This document shows, piece by piece, positions 18,924 through 29,052 of a stretch of 57,946 bases of DNA (positions are counted from its first letter, which is position 1; each line of letters begins with the position of its first letter). The notes under the pieces were generated by a model, which saw only the letters and a list, made by a program, of their open reading frames with translations, ran no database searches and was not told where the DNA came from. A program made the position numbers and the translations under genes. This DNA is from Candidatus Arcticimaribacter sp. (lineage in GTDB: Bacteria > Bacteroidota > Bacteroidia > Flavobacteriales > Flavobacteriaceae): the NCBI GenBank assembly GCA_011526265.1, contig WTJN01000111.1, forward strand, positions 1 through 57,946, written 5' to 3'.

Positions 18924-21361
18924 CGCTTGCCAATTCTAATGATGTCTCCAAAAATTCCAGAAGCAGTCACGTCGGCCCCTGCCCCTGCCCCTTTTACAAT
19001 GAGGGGTTGATCTTTGTACCGGTCGGTGTAAAACAAGATGATGTTGTCGCTGCCTTCAAGGTGATAAAAGTCATGACCTTCGGGTATTTCTTGCAAGCCA
19101 ACAGACGCTTTTCCATCTTCTAGTTGGGCGACGTATTTCAATCGAGCGTTTTTCTTGTTTGCTTCTGAAAGTAAGGCATTGAAGTGTGCATTGTGTTCCT
19201 CTAAAGAAGCAAAAAAGCTTTCGTTATCCGGGGTGTCCATACACGCAGCTGGAAGAAATGGAGTGTTGTGAATATCCTCAAGCTCAATGGTCAAACCACT
19301 TTCTCGTGCGAGAATTAAAATTTTACGGGCCACATCGACACCACTTAAGTCAATTTTTGGATCGGGTTCTGTGTAGCCCTCCTTCTGTGCCTGCATGACA
19401 ATCTCCTTGAAGGTATTTTCTTGGGTAAAATTATTGAAGACAAAATTGAGACTCCCTGAGAGCACCGCTTGAATTTTACGAATCTGATCCCCCGAGGCGA
19501 TCAAGTTGCTCAAGGTGTCGATGACGGGTAGTCCCGCACCCACGTTTGTTTCAAAAAGGAATGGGCTTAAATACTTCCGAGCTGTCGTTTTCAATTTAGC
19601 ATAATTGCTGTATTGGTCAGCACAAGCGATTTTGTTACAAGTGACCACCCCTATATTGTTTTCCAAGTACCGTTGATATTCTTGGGCAATGTTTTCGTTA
19701 GCGGTATTGTCAACAAAAATACTGTTGCGTAGGTTCATTCCCTTGGCATAATCAAAAAATGTATCCACTTGAGTGGGTTGCCCTTTTGCAAGCAATTTGG
19801 ACCATTGGGACAAATCAACACCTTCTTTACTCAAGTGCATTTTACGAGAATTGGCAATGGCCATAACACGGATACGGAGTTGAAGAATGTCTTGAAGATA
19901 GGTCGTTTGTCGATTGATTTGCTCCAACAATTTGCTACCAACATTCCCAACACCAATGATGAAGAGGTTCAGTTCTTTGATGTTTTTTTCGAAAAAAGCT
20001 TCATGTAAACTGTTCAACGCTTTATTGGTGTCTTTTTCGGCAATAATGATGGAAATGTTTCGCTCAGAAGCACCTTGGGCAATGGCACGAATGTTCACAT
20101 TATTGGCTCCAAGAGTTGAAAACATTTTTCCGCTGATCCCTTGATGGTTTTTCATGTGATCTCCCACAACCGCAATGTTGACCATGTGATGTTCCACATC
20201 CGCTGGTGCGACTTTGTTTTGTGCAATCTCAAAAGCAAATTCTTGATCAATAATTTCTTTTGCCTTATCGGCATCACCACTTCGGAGTCCAATACAGATG
20301 GAATGTTCAGAAGAGGCTTGTGTGATCATGATGACATTGATGTTGGCCAATGATAACGATTCAAACAACCGTTTTGAAAAACCTGGGATACCAATCATAC
20401 CACTTCCTTCGAGACTGACCAGTGAGACTTTATCAATATGGCTAATCCCTTTAACGACCTCTTCAGATGCGGGGTTCTCCATTCCTTGAATAAGTGTACC
20501 GTTTGCGGCGGCATCGAACGTATTTTTAATGTAAACCGGAATATTCTTCTCAACCAAAGGCTGTAGGGTAGGGGGATAAATTACTTTAGCGCCAAAATGA
20601 GAAAGTTCCATGGCTTCGAGATAGGACAGTTTTTCGATGGGTTTTGCTTGAGCAACCCAGCGTGGGTGAGCGGTGTACATGCCACTCACATCTGTCCATA
20701 TTTCAAGGGATGCTGCATCGAGCTCTCTCGCCAAAATGGCTGCAGTAAAGTCAGACCCACCACGACCAAGCGTAGTAATTTCTCCCGACGCGTTTCGAGC
20801 TATGTAGCCGGGAACCAGAGTTGTTTGCTTCTCAGCGTGATTGAAGTGCTGTTGAATATTTTGTTGGGTAGCCTTCCAGTCAATCGTTACACGTCCATGA
20901 CCGGGTAGGGTTACGATCAGGTCACGGCCATCCACCAATCGTGTAGGAATCTCTTTTTCATTAAAAATCGCAGCAATGATTTTGCTCGACATGAGCTCGC
21001 CAAAGCTAGTGACTTTATCACTCGCTTTTTGGGTGATCTCTTGCAACATGCATATCCCCTCCAAAAGGGTTTCAAGACGGTTGAGTTCAATTTTTATAAA
21101 ACTGATCAATCCGCTTTGTTGTGTGACAGGGATATAGGTCTTGATCAAATCATTGTGTTGTTCTTCAATTGATGTGAGAAGTGACTGATAGGTGTTTTGA
21201 CCACTTGCAGCCAATTCCATGGCTTTAACAAGTTGATCGGTTACTCCTCCAAGGGCCGAAACCACCACTACCGATGAAGGTGAAGATTTGACCACGTCGA
21301 GTACTTTAGCAATACTGTTTGGGTGGGCTACCGAGGTACCACCAAATTTTAAGACTTTCAT
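18920..21361 (-). CDS. thrA: bifunctional aspartate kinase/homoserine dehydrogenase I
   Basis: KFGGTS, TLGRGGSD, ACT domains, GVGNVG and FETNVGAGLP. Start placed at MKVLKFGG (21361). Confidence 0.96.
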   Translation of the reverse strand: MKVLKFGGTSVAHPNSIAKVLDVVKSSPSSVVVVSALGGVTDQLVKAMELAASGQNTYQSLLTSIEEQHNDLIKTYIPVTQQSGLISFIKIELNRLETLLEGICMLQEITQKASDKVTSFGELMSSKIIAAIFNEKEIPTRLVDGRDLIVTLPGHGRVTIDWKATQQNIQQHFNHAEKQTTLVPGYIARNASGEITTLGRGGSDFTAAILARELDAASLEIWTDVSGMYTAHPRWVAQAKPIEKLSYLEAMELSHFGAKVIYPPTLQPLVEKNIPVYIKNTFDAAANGTLIQGMENPASEEVVKGISHIDKVSLVSLEGSGMIGIPGFSKRLFESLSLANINVIMITQASSEHSICIGLRSGDADKAKEIIDQEFAFEIAQNKVAPADVEHHMVNIAVVGDHMKNHQGISGKMFSTLGANNVNIRAIAQGASERNISIIIAEKDTNKALNSLHEAFFEKNIKELNLFIIGVGNVGSKLLEQINRQTTYLQDILQLRIRVMAIANSRKMHLSKEGVDLSQWSKLLAKGQPTQVDTFFDYAKGMNLRNSIFVDNTANENIAQEYQRYLENNIGVVTCNKIACADQYSNYAKLKTTARKYLSPFLFETNVGAGLPVIDTLSNLIASGDQIRKIQAVLSGSLNFVFNNFTQENTFKEIVMQAQKEGYTEPDPKIDLSGVDVARKILILARESGLTIELEDIHNTPFLPAACMDTPDNESFFASLEEHNAHFNALLSEANKKNARLKYVAQLEDGKASVGLQEIPEGHDFYHLEGSDNIILFYTDRYKDQPLIVKGAGAGADVTASGIFGDIIRIGKR

Positions 21362-21439
21362 GTGCGTTGGGATATCAATCCAAAAAAAATGTCGTAGGTT
21401 ATTGTGCAAAAAGGGCGGCCGATGTAAGTAGAATACCCC

Positions 21440-21496
21440 CTAAGGGGTGCATCGAATGCTATTTGTCACAGGAATGTTAAGACTTGAATCATTCAT
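21440..21496 (-). CDS. putative thr operon leader peptide MNDSSLNIPVTNSIRCTP
   Basis: 18-codon ORF between a -7 box and thrA; its stop lies in the loop of ACCCC-TTAG-GGGGT. Confidence 0.45.
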   Translation of the reverse strand: MNDSSLNIPVTNSIRCTP

Positions 21497-21514
21497 TGTT
21501 TTGAATATTGCTGA

Positions 21515-21522
21515 CAAAAATA
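21515..21522 (-). promoter_or_regulatory. -7 promoter element of the thr operon
   Basis: TATTTTTG on the minus strand, just downstream of the clpC terminator. Confidence 0.6.
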
Positions 21523-21552
21523 GGGCAAAAGCGGGGGATTTATGGCATGATT

Positions 21553-21592
21553 AAAAAAAAAACGCTAGTCATTTGTACTAGCGTTGTTTTTT
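21553..21592 (-). terminator. intrinsic terminator of clpC
   Basis: 9-bp stem AACGCTAGT/ACTAGCGTT with a 7-nt loop; a 10-U run on the minus strand, two of which close the stem. Confidence 0.85.
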
Positions 21593-24120
21593 TACTCTTT
21601 TACTACAGCGAGATCGAGTTTCTCTGCCTTGCCGTCCCAATCAATAAGGATCTTATCACCTTCATTTAATTGATCGCTAACAATTTCTTCGGCGATGGCA
21701 TCCTCTAGATGGCGTTGAATAGCTCTAGAAAGGGGACGAGCTCCATATTTTTGATCGAATCCTTGGTCGCCCAGGAAGGTCTTTGCTTTTTTGGTGAGCT
21801 CAATGGAATATCCAAGTTTTTCTACTCTTTGCACTAACTTTTTGAGTTCGATATCCACAATTTTCATGATGTCTTTTTTCTCTAGGGCATTGAAAATTAC
21901 GATATCGTCGATTCGATTGAGGAATTCCGGTGCAAAGGTTTTTTTGAGGGCGCCTTCTATAACCCCTCTTTGAATCTCTTGTGTTTGTGCTTTTTGAGAT
22001 GCTGTGTTAAAACCAACCCCTGTACCAAAGTCTTTCAGTTGGCGTGCTCCAATGTTGGATGTCATGATGACAATCGTGTTTTGAAAATCTATTTTTCTTC
22101 CGAGGCTATCGGTCAAAAATCCATCATCCAAGACTTGCAACAGCATGTTGAACACGTCGGGATGCGCTTTTTCTACTTCATCCAACAAGACCACAGAATA
22201 AGGTTTACGCCTAACTTTTTCACTCAACTGTCCTCCTTCTTCATAGCCTACATAGCCTGGAGGCGCCCCAATGAGTCGTGAGATGGCAAATTTTTCCATG
22301 TATTCGCTCATGTCAATGCGGATCAGGTTTTCTTCTGAATCAAACATTTCACGGGCCAAAATTTTTGCCAGTTGTGTTTTCCCCACCCCCGTTTGACCCA
22401 AAAAGATAAAGGAACCTATTGGTTTGTCTGGGGCTTTAAGACCCGCACGGTTGCGTTGAATGGATTTTACAACTTTCTCAACGGCATCGTCCTGACCAAT
22501 GAGGTGTTTTCCTATGATCTTGGTTAGGTTGGCCAGTTTGTTTTTTTCCGAACTAACAACCTTGGTGACCGGAATGCCTGTCATCATTGAAACAACATCT
22601 GCAATGTGTTCTTCCGTGACTTCGATCCTGTTAAGTTTTGATTCTTCTTCCCATTTTTCTTGGGCAGCAATAAGGTTTCTCTCCACGCGTTTTTCGTCAT
22701 CACGCAGCTTGGCAGCTTCCTCATATTTTTGCTTTTTCACCACATTATTTTTGTTGGTGCGAACACGGTCTAGCTCTTCTTCCAGTGCAATGACTTCCTG
22801 AGGCACATTCATGTTCTTGATGTGTACGCGCGAGCCAGCCTCATCCAAGGCATCGATGGCTTTGTCGGGCAAAAACCGATCGGTGATATACCTGCTGGTC
22901 AATTCGACACAAGCATTTAGTGCGCTGTCGGTAAACGCAACATTGTGGTGATTTTCATATTTTTCCTTGATATTATGAAGAATCTCAAGGGTTTCTTTTT
23001 CTGAAGTCTGTTCGATGAGTACTTTTTGAAAACGACGTTCTAAGGCTCCGTCCTTTTCAATGTTTTGTCGGTATTCATCCAGTGTAGTGGCTCCAATGCA
23101 TTGGATTTCCCCTCTAGCAAGGGCAGGTTTAAACATATTGGAGGCATCGAGACTACCGGTAGCACCACCTGCGCCCACAATGGTGTGGATTTCGTCGATA
23201 AAAAGAATGATATCGTCATTTTTCTCCAACTCATTCATCACGGCCTTCATGCGTTCTTCAAATTGTCCACGGTATTTGGTTCCTGCTACAAGGCTAGCCA
23301 AATCCAAGCTGATGACTCTTTTGCCATACAGCACACGAGAGACCTTTTTTTCTACGATACGCAATGCTAATCCCTCTGCGATGGCTGATTTACCTACTCC
23401 AGGTTCTCCAATGAGAAGGGGGTTGTTTTTCTTTCGGCGGCTGAGAATTTGCGATACTCTTTCAATTTCTTTTTCTCGCCCCACTACGGGATCCAGTTTA
23501 TCGTCGGCCGCTAGGGCAGTGATGTCCTTTCCAAAATTGTCAAGAACAGGTGTTTTAGATTTTTTAGATTTTGATGTTTCGGAGGTAGGAACAAAAGGGT
23601 TTTGCTTTTCGCTTCCCTCGTCGTCTTTTTCTTCAAACGATGACGAGCCAGAAACGTCCATGTAATCCGTGTCGTTCGTTAGCATGGTTTTGAATTGCTC
23701 CTTAACTACATCATAATTCACATTTAATTTGGTGAGTAGTTTTGTAGTAGGGTCATTTTCATTTCTCAAAATACACAACAAGAGATGCACGGTGTCGATC
23801 AAATCACTCTGAAAGAGTTTGGCTTCCAGAAAAGTTGTCTTCAGTGCGCGCTCAGCCTGACGGGTGAGATGAAGGTTTCTTTTGGTGTTTTCTAAGCGGT
23901 TATTATCCAGCAATGCAGGATTTAATATTTCGACCTTTCGCCGAAGGTTTTCGAGATCCACCTCAATGGCATTGAGAATAGAAATGGCTTTACCACCACC
24001 GTCGCGCAGTATGCCCAGCATAAGGTGTTCCGTGCCAATATAGTCGTGCCCAAGGCGGAGGGCTTCTTCTTTGCTGTAAGAGATTACGTCTTTTACGCGG
24101 GGTGAAAAATTATCGTCCAT
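21592..24120 (-). CDS. clpC: ATP-dependent Clp protease ATP-binding subunit ClpC
   Basis: Clp_N repeats, two AAA+ modules (GEPGVGKS, GQTGVGKT), UVR-type middle domain and a VGF ClpP-docking loop. Confidence 0.93.
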   Translation of the reverse strand: MDDNFSPRVKDVISYSKEEALRLGHDYIGTEHLMLGILRDGGGKAISILNAIEVDLENLRRKVEILNPALLDNNRLENTKRNLHLTRQAERALKTTFLEAKLFQSDLIDTVHLLLCILRNENDPTTKLLTKLNVNYDVVKEQFKTMLTNDTDYMDVSGSSSFEEKDDEGSEKQNPFVPTSETSKSKKSKTPVLDNFGKDITALAADDKLDPVVGREKEIERVSQILSRRKKNNPLLIGEPGVGKSAIAEGLALRIVEKKVSRVLYGKRVISLDLASLVAGTKYRGQFEERMKAVMNELEKNDDIILFIDEIHTIVGAGGATGSLDASNMFKPALARGEIQCIGATTLDEYRQNIEKDGALERRFQKVLIEQTSEKETLEILHNIKEKYENHHNVAFTDSALNACVELTSRYITDRFLPDKAIDALDEAGSRVHIKNMNVPQEVIALEEELDRVRTNKNNVVKKQKYEEAAKLRDDEKRVERNLIAAQEKWEEESKLNRIEVTEEHIADVVSMMTGIPVTKVVSSEKNKLANLTKIIGKHLIGQDDAVEKVVKSIQRNRAGLKAPDKPIGSFIFLGQTGVGKTQLAKILAREMFDSEENLIRIDMSEYMEKFAISRLIGAPPGYVGYEEGGQLSEKVRRKPYSVVLLDEVEKAHPDVFNMLLQVLDDGFLTDSLGRKIDFQNTIVIMTSNIGARQLKDFGTGVGFNTASQKAQTQEIQRGVIEGALKKTFAPEFLNRIDDIVIFNALEKKDIMKIVDIELKKLVQRVEKLGYSIELTKKAKTFLGDQGFDQKYGARPLSRAIQRHLEDAIAEEIVSDQLNEGDKILIDWDGKAEKLDLAVVKE

Positions 24121-24344
24121 AGTCTGTTTTTTCTTCTACATCTTCCCAAACATCGTTCCAAAGGCAACGATTCACTAGCTAATAGACAAAAAAAAGCGAT
24201 AATTACAAAGGGGTTGGATGTATTTTTTGGAAAAAATTATTCATTGAATACTGTTGATAAATCAGCAACATTTTTTTCTTGAAGGTCCTCACAACATAAG
24301 TGAATTATTTAATTTAGCGAGAATTCACTAATGAGCAAATACCT

Positions 24345-26849
24345 ATGGATACTGGAGAAAAACTCATTCCAATCAACATTGAAGATGAAATGAAATCGGC
24401 ATACATCGATTATTCGATGTCTGTCATTGTGTCACGTGCCTTACCGGATGTCCGTGACGGTTTAAAGCCTGTGCATCGTCGGGTTTTGTTTGGGATGAAC
24501 GAGTTGGGAATTCGTGCGAGTTCTTCCTATAAAAAATCGGCAAGAATTGTAGGGGAAGTTTTAGGGAAATACCACCCTCATGGGGATACCTCCGTCTATG
24601 ATACCATGGTACGGATGGCGCAGGAATGGAGCCTTCGCTATTTATTAATCGATGGACAAGGAAACTTTGGATCTGTTGATGGAGATAGCCCAGCAGCAAT
24701 GCGATATACGGAAGCGCGCATGCAAAAAATGGCCGAAGAGTTATTGGCTGATATCGATAAAGAAACGGTAGATCATCAATTAAACTTTGATGACACACTA
24801 AAAGAGCCCACAGTATTGCCCACACGCATACCGAATCTTTTGGTGAATGGAGCCTCTGGAATTGCCGTAGGGATGGCCACCAACATGCCACCGCACAACC
24901 TTACTGAAGTGATTGATGGGACCATTGCCTATATCGATAACAATGCTATTAGTATTGATGAGTTGATGCAGCACATCAAGGCACCTGATTTCCCTACCGG
25001 TGGGACCATATACGGGTATGATGGCGTGAAAGATGCTTTTCATACTGGTAGAGGGCGTGTTGTTCTACGTGCAAAGGCCAATATTGAAGAAGTCAATGGT
25101 CGCGAATGCATCATTGTTAATGAGATCCCTTATCAGGTCAATAAAGCCGATATGATCAAAAAGACGGCAGAGCTGGTCAACGATAAAAAAATAGAGGGCA
25201 TTTCGACGATTCGTGATGAATCCGATCGCAAAGGAATGCGGATTGTTTATGTTTTAAAGCGCGACGCCATCCCCAATATTGTCCTCAATAAGCTATACAA
25301 ATACACAGCGCTTCAATCTTCTTTCAGTGTTAATAATATCGCCTTGGTCAAAGGCCGACCAAAGCTGCTCAATCTCAAGGAACTGATTCTTCATTTTGTG
25401 GATCATCGCCACGAGGTTGTTGTTCGAAGAACAGAGTTTGAACTGCGGAAAGCCGAAGAACGCGCGCACATACTCGAAGGTTTAATCATCGCCTCCGATA
25501 ATATTGATGAAGTGATAGCATTGATTCGTGCCTCTTCCAATGCCGATGAAGCCCGCGCTAAGTTGATTGAAAAATTTGAATTGACTGAAATTCAAGCCAA
25601 AGCCATTGTCGAAATGCGCTTGCGTCAACTCACAGGGCTGGAGCAAGATAAATTGCGTGGTGAATATGAGGAATTACTAAAAACAATTGCTGACTTGAAA
25701 GATATCCTTGCCAATAAGGACCGCAGAATGGATATCATTAAGGAGGAATTGTCTGAAGTCAAAAATAAATACGGTGATGAGCGCCGTTCGAACATTGAGT
25801 ATGCTGGGGGCAACTTTAGTATCGAAGATATGATCCCCAACGAAAAAGTGGTGGTCACCATTTCACATGCAGGGTACATCAAGCGAACACCACTGACGGA
25901 ATACAAAACACAAAATCGTGGTGGGGTAGGGCAAAAAGCATCAACAACCCGTAACGAAGATTTTCTCGAGCACCTTTTTGTTGGGACCAACCACCAATAC
26001 ATGCTGTTTTTTACCCAAAAAGGAAAGTGTTTTTGGATGCGTGTGTATGAGATCCCAGAGGGATCGAGAACCTCCAAGGGTCGTGCCATCCAAAACTTGA
26101 TCAACATTGAACAAGATGATAAAGTAAAGGCCTTCATCAATACGCAAGACTTGCGCGATGAGGACTATATCAACAATCACTATGTTATCATGGCCACCAA
26201 AAAAGGGCAGGTGAAGAAGACGGCTTTAGAGCAATATTCGCGTCCGAGAGCCAACGGTATTAACGCCATCACTGTGAAGGAGGATGACGAGTTGCTAGAA
26301 GCTAAATTGACCAACGGGGAAAGTGAGATTTTACTCGCCGTTAAGTCTGGTAAAGCCATTCGTTTTGAAGAAGGCAAAACCCGTCCAATGGGGCGTAATG
26401 CTTCTGGGGTACGCGGGATCACCTTGGGGCATGCTGAAGACGAAGTCATCGGCATGGTTTCTGTGAACGATGCATCAAGCGATATTTTGGTGGTATCTGC
26501 AAATGGATACGGGAAACGTTCGAGCCTCGACGACTACCGCACAACCAATCGCGGTGGAAAAGGCGTTAAAACCATTTCTATCACTGAGAAGACCGGAGAA
26601 CTGGTCGCTATTAAAAATGTTAGCGACGAAAATGATTTAATGATCATTAATAAATCTGGAATTGCCATTCGGATGAGCGTAGAATCATTGCGCGTCATGG
26701 GACGTGCAACACAAGGCGTGAAACTAATCAACCTTAAAGGTGATGACAGTATTGCTGCAGTGGCCAAAGTATTCAAAGAAGAAGACTCTATAGAGGGAGA
26801 CAATGAAAATAATTCCGCTGATGAAGCTTCTGGCACAACCATTGATTAA
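24345..26849 (+). CDS. gyrA: DNA gyrase subunit A
   Basis: [29 protein letters not shown], GyrA-box QNRGGVG and an acidic tail. Confidence 0.98.
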   Translation: MDTGEKLIPINIEDEMKSAYIDYSMSVIVSRALPDVRDGLKPVHRRVLFGMNELGIRASSSYKKSARIVGEVLGKYHPHGDTSVYDTMVRMAQEWSLRYLLIDGQGNFGSVDGDSPAAMRYTEARMQKMAEELLADIDKETVDHQLNFDDTLKEPTVLPTRIPNLLVNGASGIAVGMATNMPPHNLTEVIDGTIAYIDNNAISIDELMQHIKAPDFPTGGTIYGYDGVKDAFHTGRGRVVLRAKANIEEVNGRECIIVNEIPYQVNKADMIKKTAELVNDKKIEGISTIRDESDRKGMRIVYVLKRDAIPNIVLNKLYKYTALQSSFSVNNIALVKGRPKLLNLKELILHFVDHRHEVVVRRTEFELRKAEERAHILEGLIIASDNIDEVIALIRASSNADEARAKLIEKFELTEIQAKAIVEMRLRQLTGLEQDKLRGEYEELLKTIADLKDILANKDRRMDIIKEELSEVKNKYGDERRSNIEYAGGNFSIEDMIPNEKVVVTISHAGYIKRTPLTEYKTQNRGGVGQKASTTRNEDFLEHLFVGTNHQYMLFFTQKGKCFWMRVYEIPEGSRTSKGRAIQNLINIEQDDKVKAFINTQDLRDEDYINNHYVIMATKKGQVKKTALEQYSRPRANGINAITVKEDDELLEAKLTNGESEILLAVKSGKAIRFEEGKTRPMGRNASGVRGITLGHAEDEVIGMVSVNDASSDILVVSANGYGKRSSLDDYRTTNRGGKGVKTISITEKTGELVAIKNVSDENDLMIINKSGIAIRMSVESLRVMGRATQGVKLINLKGDDSIAAVAKVFKEEDSIEGDNENNSADEASGTTID

Positions 26850-26880
26850 ACTTAAATTTAAAATAAAAACAATCCAAAAA

Positions 26881-28119
26881 ATGAAACATGTATTGACCCT
26901 TTTGCTAGGGATGTTTGTCACCTTCGGTTTTTCCCAGAAAAAAGAACTCAAGTTGGCACAAAAACAATTTAGAGCTGAGAAAATAGACGAAGCAAAAGCA
27001 ACGCTGGCCACTCATCAGGCACTTATTGAGGGCAGCGGTGAGACCAAATTAATCACGCAGTTTAATTTACTTAGCGGTCAAATTGCGCGCCTTCAGCAAG
27101 ATTTTGCGGCAGCCTATGAATACTTGCAAAAGGCAGAAGGTAATGCTTCTATCAAAACGACCCTTGACAGTGAAATACAGCAGTTAACCTCTGATGTAGT
27201 AAACTCTGCCATTGCACAGTCTGAAGCACAGGAATTTGTTGCTTCATCCAATAATTTATTTTTGGCCTATCAAATTAACCCTGAAGCCAACGTAGATTAT
27301 TTGTACTATTCCGCCACTAATGCTGTCAATGCGTCTGATTATGCATTAGCATTAGAGCGTTATATTATTTTAAGAGATATTGAATATACCGGTGTTGTGA
27401 CCAAGTATTACGCTACTGAGGTGGCCTCCCAGCAAGAAATTGAAATCTCTGAAACGGAGTTTAGTATTTTCAGTAAATCAAAAGATTATACCAACTTACG
27501 TCAGGAAGACACCCCTTCGAGGTTTCCAGAGATTGTAAAGAATATCGCCTTGATTTACACCCAGCTTGGGCAAAAGGACAAAGCCATTCAGGCTGTTCAG
27601 GATGCGCGAAAAGCCAACCCAGGGGACGTGAGCCTGATCTTGACTGAAGCTAACATCTACATCGAGCTTGGCGAAAAAGATCGCTACCAAACATTGGTGT
27701 TAGAAGCGCTTGAAGCAGATCCTACTAATGCTACACTTTACTTTAACTTGGGTGTTGTAACCACCGACTTGGGTGATAAAGAAAAAGCAGTAGAGTTTTA
27801 CAATAAAGCCATTGAGTTGGATCCTCAAATGGAGAATGCCTACCTGAATCTTGTGGCATTGATATTGGAAGACGAAGCAAGTGTCGTTGAGGAAATGAAT
27901 TCTCTAGGAAACTCGCGTGCAGATAATCTCCGTTATGATGAATTGAAGGTTCAACGTGAGGAACTCTACAAAAAGTGTGTGCCAATTTTGAAGAAACTAC
28001 TTTCTATTGATGATTCTAACCTTGAAGCAGCAAAAACATTGAGAAACATTTACGGGACCATTGGTGATAATGATGGTTTTATGGAAATGAAAGCACTGAT
28101 TGAAAAATATGAGCAGTAA
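26881..28119 (+). CDS. exported tetratricopeptide repeat protein
   Basis: Signal peptide MKHVLTLLLGMFVTFGFSQ and TPR units such as LYFNLGVV..AVEFYNKAIELDP. Confidence 0.85.
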   Translation: MKHVLTLLLGMFVTFGFSQKKELKLAQKQFRAEKIDEAKATLATHQALIEGSGETKLITQFNLLSGQIARLQQDFAAAYEYLQKAEGNASIKTTLDSEIQQLTSDVVNSAIAQSEAQEFVASSNNLFLAYQINPEANVDYLYYSATNAVNASDYALALERYIILRDIEYTGVVTKYYATEVASQQEIEISETEFSIFSKSKDYTNLRQEDTPSRFPEIVKNIALIYTQLGQKDKAIQAVQDARKANPGDVSLILTEANIYIELGEKDRYQTLVLEALEADPTNATLYFNLGVVTTDLGDKEKAVEFYNKAIELDPQMENAYLNLVALILEDEASVVEEMNSLGNSRADNLRYDELKVQREELYKKCVPILKKLLSIDDSNLEAAKTLRNIYGTIGDNDGFMEMKALIEKYEQ

Positions 28120-28136
28120 AAACTGACTCAAATGTC

Positions 28137-28170
28137 AAAAAAGCCCTCTCAAAGTGAGAGGGCTTTTTTT
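28137..28170. terminator. bidirectional intrinsic terminator
   Basis: AAAAAAGCCCTCTC-AAAGT-GAGAGGGCTTTTTTT between convergent genes. Confidence 0.9.
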
Positions 28171-28918
28171 ATAGAATCGATTTAATCAATCTTAGTTTAT
28201 GAGAATGCGTGTTTTTTTCAGCATTAAAAATCCCAGTTTGGTCTATTCTATCGATACGAACCTTGCCGTGCGCATGTAGGATGTAGTGGTTTTTGAGTAA
28301 AATTCCTACATGAATAATATTACCCTCTTCATTGTCAAAAAAAGCCAAGTCGCCGGGTTCACTTTCCTCGATAAAACTGAGGGTTGTTCCTTGCTCCGCT
28401 TGAAGATAAGCATCTCTCTTGATGGGGATGCCATGAATTTTGTACACTATTTGGGTTAGCCCAGAGCAATCGATGCCCAAAGGTGTTTTCCCTCCCCAGA
28501 GATAGGGAGCGTTGAGGTATTGATAGGCGGTTTTTACGATTTCTGCTTTAGATTTTTCCAGGGGCTGAGGAATTTGATCCAAGGTCTGATTTAAAAGGGA
28601 AAGCGCTCTGAGATCACTTCCTAGCGGGATTGGAAAATTTTCCCCATTTGGTTGAAGAATTAAATCAAAAAGTTGCGTAGTACATACGCTAGGGAGCTCT
28701 TTCAGTCCCACGAACTGCTCTTTATTGATCAAGAAGCATTGTTGTTGGAGCACCCACCCTTCATAATCATCCCATGCAGTTCTGATTTTGTACCAATCTT
28801 TTCGCTGATCGATGATTTTGAACAGGTCGCCATAAAGAAGCTGAGAGGTCAATTCACTGCGATGATTGTTTTCTTTTCTGATTGGAACAACGCCCAGATG
28901 ACAGAGACCGTATTTCAA
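28169..28918 (-). CDS. NlpC/P60 (C40) peptidase with N-terminal SH3-like domain
   Basis: PYLWGG..GIDCSG, HVG and ILHAHG catalytic motifs; SQLLYGD..YEGWV SH3b-like segment. Confidence 0.92.
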   Translation of the reverse strand: MKYGLCHLGVVPIRKENNHRSELTSQLLYGDLFKIIDQRKDWYKIRTAWDDYEGWVLQQQCFLINKEQFVGLKELPSVCTTQLFDLILQPNGENFPIPLGSDLRALSLLNQTLDQIPQPLEKSKAEIVKTAYQYLNAPYLWGGKTPLGIDCSGLTQIVYKIHGIPIKRDAYLQAEQGTTLSFIEESEPGDLAFFDNEEGNIIHVGILLKNHYILHAHGKVRIDRIDQTGIFNAEKNTHSHKLRLIKSIL

Positions 28919-28943
28919 AGGATGGTAATTTAATTGCTTTCCC

Positions 28944-28951
28944 CAAAAGTA
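28944..28951 (-). promoter_or_regulatory. -7 promoter element for the C40 peptidase gene
   Basis: TACTTTTG on the minus strand, 25 nt upstream of the start. Confidence 0.55.
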
Positions 28952-29052
28952 AAAAAAACCTTCGATAACTATTTGTTGTTGTTCATTTTTGAAAAGCTAA
29001 AGGCACTAAGTAATCATTGTTTATCTTCGCATTAATTGTTCTTTCTTGACTT

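Noticed and set aside
21362-21409. 16-aa N-terminal extension of ThrA
   Set aside because: Aspartate kinases begin at MKVLKFGG, so this stretch is better read as 5' leader.
23060-23665. 201-aa ORF antisense to clpC, and similar ORFs opposite gyrA, dnaX, tamB and the CCG gene
   Set aside because: These are shadow ORFs opposite conserved genes, with S/T/P-biased composition and no recognisable motifs.
24585-24602. Thr at the GyrA Ser83-equivalent position (HGDTSVYD) as quinolone resistance
   Set aside because: Thr is a common wild-type residue at this position in flavobacteria.
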